A DNA stretch of 64,000 nucleotides from Camelus ferus (taxonomy: Eukaryota). How positions within the stretch are numbered: position 1 is the stretch's first letter; every line of letters begins with the position of its first letter. The stretch is from NCBI RefSeq assembly GCF_009834535.1, contig NC_045717.1:15500001-15564000 (forward strand), given 5' to 3'. This document shows positions 60,101 to 64,000 of this stretch, in pieces. The notes beneath the pieces are model-generated. The model was not told the DNA's origin. It ran no database searches and saw only the letters and a program-made list of their open reading frames with translations. Both the position numbers and the translations under genes were made by a program.

Positions 60101-62819
60101 GGAGCCCCAGGGGGCCATGGTACAAGTAGGGAGACTGAGACTCGGAACGTGTCAGGCACTGAGTGTAGAGTGGAGCCAGGATATGAATACTGGTCTAGCC
60201 AGACCCACAGTCACAGCCAGGCCCACGTACCTCTCAGCACATGGCCACACATGGCAGGTCCCTCCAAGGAGGGGTCTGTGGAGGAAGGTCTGAAGGTCCC
60301 CTACTGGGCCTCAGTTTCCCCATGGATGCCAGAGAGACCTATGCACAAAGGGACCCCCAAAGGACCTTCTCCAGCTGGAACATTCTGGGTTTTTAGGATT
60401 CAGAGCCACATGAGGGTAACACACCCCACCCGCAGACCCCCACGGTCTCCAGAAGTACCCCACAGATCCCCATGATCCCCTGCCACCTGTACCAACGTAG
60501 CCTGTGGTCCCCATGCACGGTCCATATATGGGGGTCCCTGAGATCATCACCCTGGCACCTCACCCTCAGGACCCCCACCCCCCAGCCCACATCTCTCCCC
60601 CAGGGGGTGCTCCCATCCTGCCTCAGGAAGCCAGAGGATGGGCAAAACCACTGCAGGGGAGGGAGGCCCTACCTGTGTCTGGGGGCCTGCATGTAATGGG
60701 AGGACCAGCACAGATTTGGGGAGATCTGCTTGTGTCTAGGGGGTTTGCATGTTGTGGGGGAGCTGGTCTGTTTGGGGGCATCTGCATGTGTTGGGAGGTC
60801 TGTGGGCATTTGGGGGATTGGCGTGTTGGGGGCTCTGTGTGTGTCTCGGGGGGTCTGCAGGTAATTGGGCATCCGCGTGTGCAGGGGGACCTGAGTGTGT
60901 TTTGGGATATGTGTGTTTGGAGAGCCGTGTGAGTCTGGGAGGGGTCTACATGTATCATGCACTACATGTGTTTTGGGGACTCATGTATGCAGGGATCCAT
61001 GTGTGTTTGGGGTGATGCATGTGTTTGAGGATCTCCCTGTGAGCAGAATCTCCCAAACTCACCCCCAACTGTACATATGAGGAAAGGGCTTCTCCCTGGC
61101 CCCCCTGCCCCAGCACCCTTCCTGGATCTGCAGGGGGCCCTCTGAGCTGGGCACTCAGGGCTGGGGAGAAGTGATCCCAAGACCTTCTGGGACAGGTCAG
61201 GGCCCAGTGATTACAAAAGCCACCCGCATAGGGAAGGAGAGATATGCCACTTCCAGAGCACCTACTGTAGAGCACTCCCCAGCTCAGGGATGTGCCCCCC
61301 ACTCCTCATATTCTGGGGTAAGAAACTGAGGCCTGGAGAAATTTGGCCACACAGGAGTCACTGCCAGAGCCCGCCCTCTCCCTCGGGCAGGTGAGGGGCT
61401 GCTGTGGGCTGAGCCAGCCCCTAGGTCACCTACAGTGCCCCCCCACCTGGGCCACCATCTCCCTAGGCCCCCAGGGGAAGAGGCGGCTCAGGGGCCCCGG
61501 CTGGGGTGGGGGAGGGTCGCCAGCAGCTGGGGTCGGAGCTGCTTGAGCCCTCAAGAGAGGGGAGGGGGGGTCCCGACTTTCCAAGGGGCTCTTCCTGTCG
61601 CCTGTAATGAGGTACTTGGGGAGCAGGTGATGAAACCACCGCCTGGGTTGCGTGAGGCGGGGCCTCAGGCCTGATTTGCTGCAGCGCCCAGGAGCAGCGC
61701 CCCCTCCCCGCTTCGCCGCGTCCCGCAGGCCCTCACCTCCCCCCCACCACCCACCTGCCTCTCACTTCTCCTTTCCCCCTCTCCTTTCCCGGCCTGGGTC
61801 CCCCACCAAGCTGAGGCCTCTGGGCTCAAGGGTCTGGCAGCGTGACTCTGCCACTTGGCCCTCCATTAAAGCCCCACTGGGAGCCTAGAAGAGGAACTTG
61901 ACTGTTCCTGGTCTTTTCTCTCACAGCCTCATGGCAAAACCTTTGAGATCAGGATGCTGTGACCCATTTTATAGAGGAGGAAATGGGGGTTTGCTGTCGT
62001 CCAGCATGTCGCAGTGACTGTCACCGGGGTCTTGCAACATGGCATGTTGACTCAGCATCCCCAGTTCCAAGGCCCCTCTTCCTTCTGGCTAATGGGAGGC
62101 CAGAAGACAAGGTCCATAGAACCCCCTCCACTGCCCCCTCCTCCCCAGCTGGTGGGAGAATTCTCACTTCCATTTACAGGCAAGAAAGTGGAGTCCTTCC
62201 ATGGAGAGAGTCCAGCAGTGAAGGGTCAAGGAGAGGGTGGGATTCCTTCCAGCCCCCCACCTCCAATTCCAAGAAAGGCATCTTAGAGAGAGGAGACAGT
62301 CATGGCCTGAAGAACCCCACGGGTGTTTGTTGATGAATTTACTGACCACAGGTATCACCTAAGAGAGTTTACAATGCTCCAGGCATTCAAGAAATCTTCC
62401 TTCATCCCCCCACTTTTCCCCTGAACAGTGCTCAGGTCTAAAACCCCAAGCACCTTCCAAACCCCAGGCATATGCCACTAGCATGTCCTGTCCCCTTCGT
62501 CACCAAACAGTCCATCTGTTTCAGCCTGCCTGCGGCCCCCATCCCAGTTCAGGCCCCACATCTCCCACCAGGACACCTGCCCCAGCCTCTCCCTGTCACC
62601 TCACTCCTGCCCAGACAGGCGCTGCTCCTCACGGCAGCCAGGAGCAGAGGGGAGTTTTTAAAAAAAATCTTTTGGTTGAGATAAATCTCAGAGAAAAATG
62701 CAAAGATGATTGGAGTAGTGCTAAAAAGTTTGCACAAGCTAAATACACTTGTGTACCCAGGCCCTGGATCAGGGACCGGAACACCCCAGCCCTGAGACTC
62801 CCGCTGTGCTGTTATAGTG

Positions 62820-63295
62820 TCTGCTTGTCGGGGCCACTGTGCTGATAGTCACTGTACGTGAGCTTTGTCTGTTCTGGAACTTCACACAGATGGAATCACA
62901 TGTTGTGTCCCCTTTATGAAGCCCAATGTTGAATCGGCACAAGGTCTGGGAGATTCACCTGTGTAGTTGCGTGGAGCTGGAATGCATCCTTTTCCTGTGC
63001 TGTATATAGTCCGTCTGCCATGGAACCTACCAGAAAGTATTTACCAATTCTTGAATGGAGAGCATTTGGGTCATTTCCAGTTCAGGGCTATGACAAACAA
63101 AGCTGCTGAGAACATTCTTGTCTGTGTCCTTTGGTAAAACATGGACCCATTTAGGTGAATACTGAGGGGAGGGTTGCTGGGTCAGAGGGCAGATGTGTGT
63201 TCCGCTTTAGTAGATGCTGGAGAGTTTTCCAGAGGGGCTCTACCTGTTTCCCCTCCCACCAGCAATGCGTGAAAGTACAAGGGGATTTGCAAACT
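62820..63295 (-). mobile_element. Old L1 (L1M-type) fragment
   Basis: atttgggtcatttccagttc...gctgctgagaacattcttg...cccaccagcaatgcgtgaaag. Confidence 0.7.
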
Positions 63296-64000
63296 GTTAA
63301 ATCCCATTCTGACCCTCCCCTGCCCCCAAACTCTCCATGGATCCCTCTTGCCCTCAGAAAAAGCCCACACTCTTCACTGTGGCCCACGACGACCTACATG
63401 GTCCAAACCCCACAACTGTCTCCACCACCATCCCCCTTCCGTCTCCCCCTTGCTCACGCTATCCAGCCACACAGACATCTTTGCTTTTTTCAAGATGCCA
63501 AACTGATGATCACTCTGGGCCTTTACCCATGCAATTCCCCCTGCCAGGAACACTCTTTCCTCAGATAGTCCTCAGACTGACTCTTCCTTTGCTTGGCTAT
63601 GTCCCTCTTGTGCTTCAAGTCTCGGTTCAAATGTCACCTCTTCAGAGATCATGACTTAGGCAGTTCCCATTGTTTTCAAAGGTCTGAGGCCATTCAAAGA
63701 ATGTTGCCCTTTTAATAGTAGGTCTCGAATCACTTTTCTAATTTTCTATGGTCATTGGTCTATTTAAGCTTTCTATGTCTTTTCAGGTGAGTTTCTCGCA
63801 ATGTTTGGTACGTGGTTGATGCTTGATAAATGCTAAGTAGGAGGTGCAAAGAAAGGGGTGAGGAGATACTGGACTCTTGGCCCCATCTGCTCAGACCCCT
63901 GTCAAGTCTTTCCACTGAGGCCCAACTATGTGCTTCCTCTTTGGAGATGCCCTCTTGGATTTCTCCTGACTGTTCTTCCCTGCTCTGTTCCCAGATCATT

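Noticed and set aside
56053-64000. MEF2B coding exons or another hidden gene
   Set aside because: No MADS-box (MGRKKIQI) coding sequence or coherent exon chain found; the region reads as repeat-rich intron 1

Overview
Mammalian GC-rich euchromatic locus carrying the conserved NCAN - NR2C2AP - RFXANK - BORCS8 - MEF2B cluster. The organism is probably a camelid, inferred from tRNA-Ala-derived Vic-1-like SINEs and no recognisable Alu, B1 or Bov-A elements. Gene content: (1) the complete neurocan gene NCAN on the minus strand, with a non-coding exon 1 plus 14 coding exons, 4089 nt CDS = 1362 aa, polyA signal at 2742; (2) NR2C2AP on plus, 5 exons, 140 aa, whose 4th intron is a minor-spliceosome AT-AC intron; (3) RFXANK on minus, 8 coding exons, 259 aa, probably overlapping NR2C2AP tail-to-tail; (4) BORCS8 on plus, 5 coding exons, 119 aa, sharing a bidirectional CpG-island promoter with RFXANK; (5) the promoter and non-coding exon 1 of MEF2B, whose coding exons lie beyond the window. 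All coding exon boundaries were placed by hand and are frame-consistent. Six N-runs (130-230 nt) are unreadable. Best second-look items: the AT-AC intron, a near-perfect RE1/NRSE cluster in NCAN intron 1, a stop-free in-frame 198-nt NCAN intron 7, a 4-codon NCAN uORF, a poly-Ala expansion at the neurocan N-terminus, a same-orientation GC-box array in NCAN intron 6, inverted SINE pairs, a possible short BORCS8 isoform, and a DR0/DR6 GGGTCA array upstream of MEF2B. I found no evidence for a wholly new gene or system. Comparisons to human or rodent orthologues are from memory and need checking.
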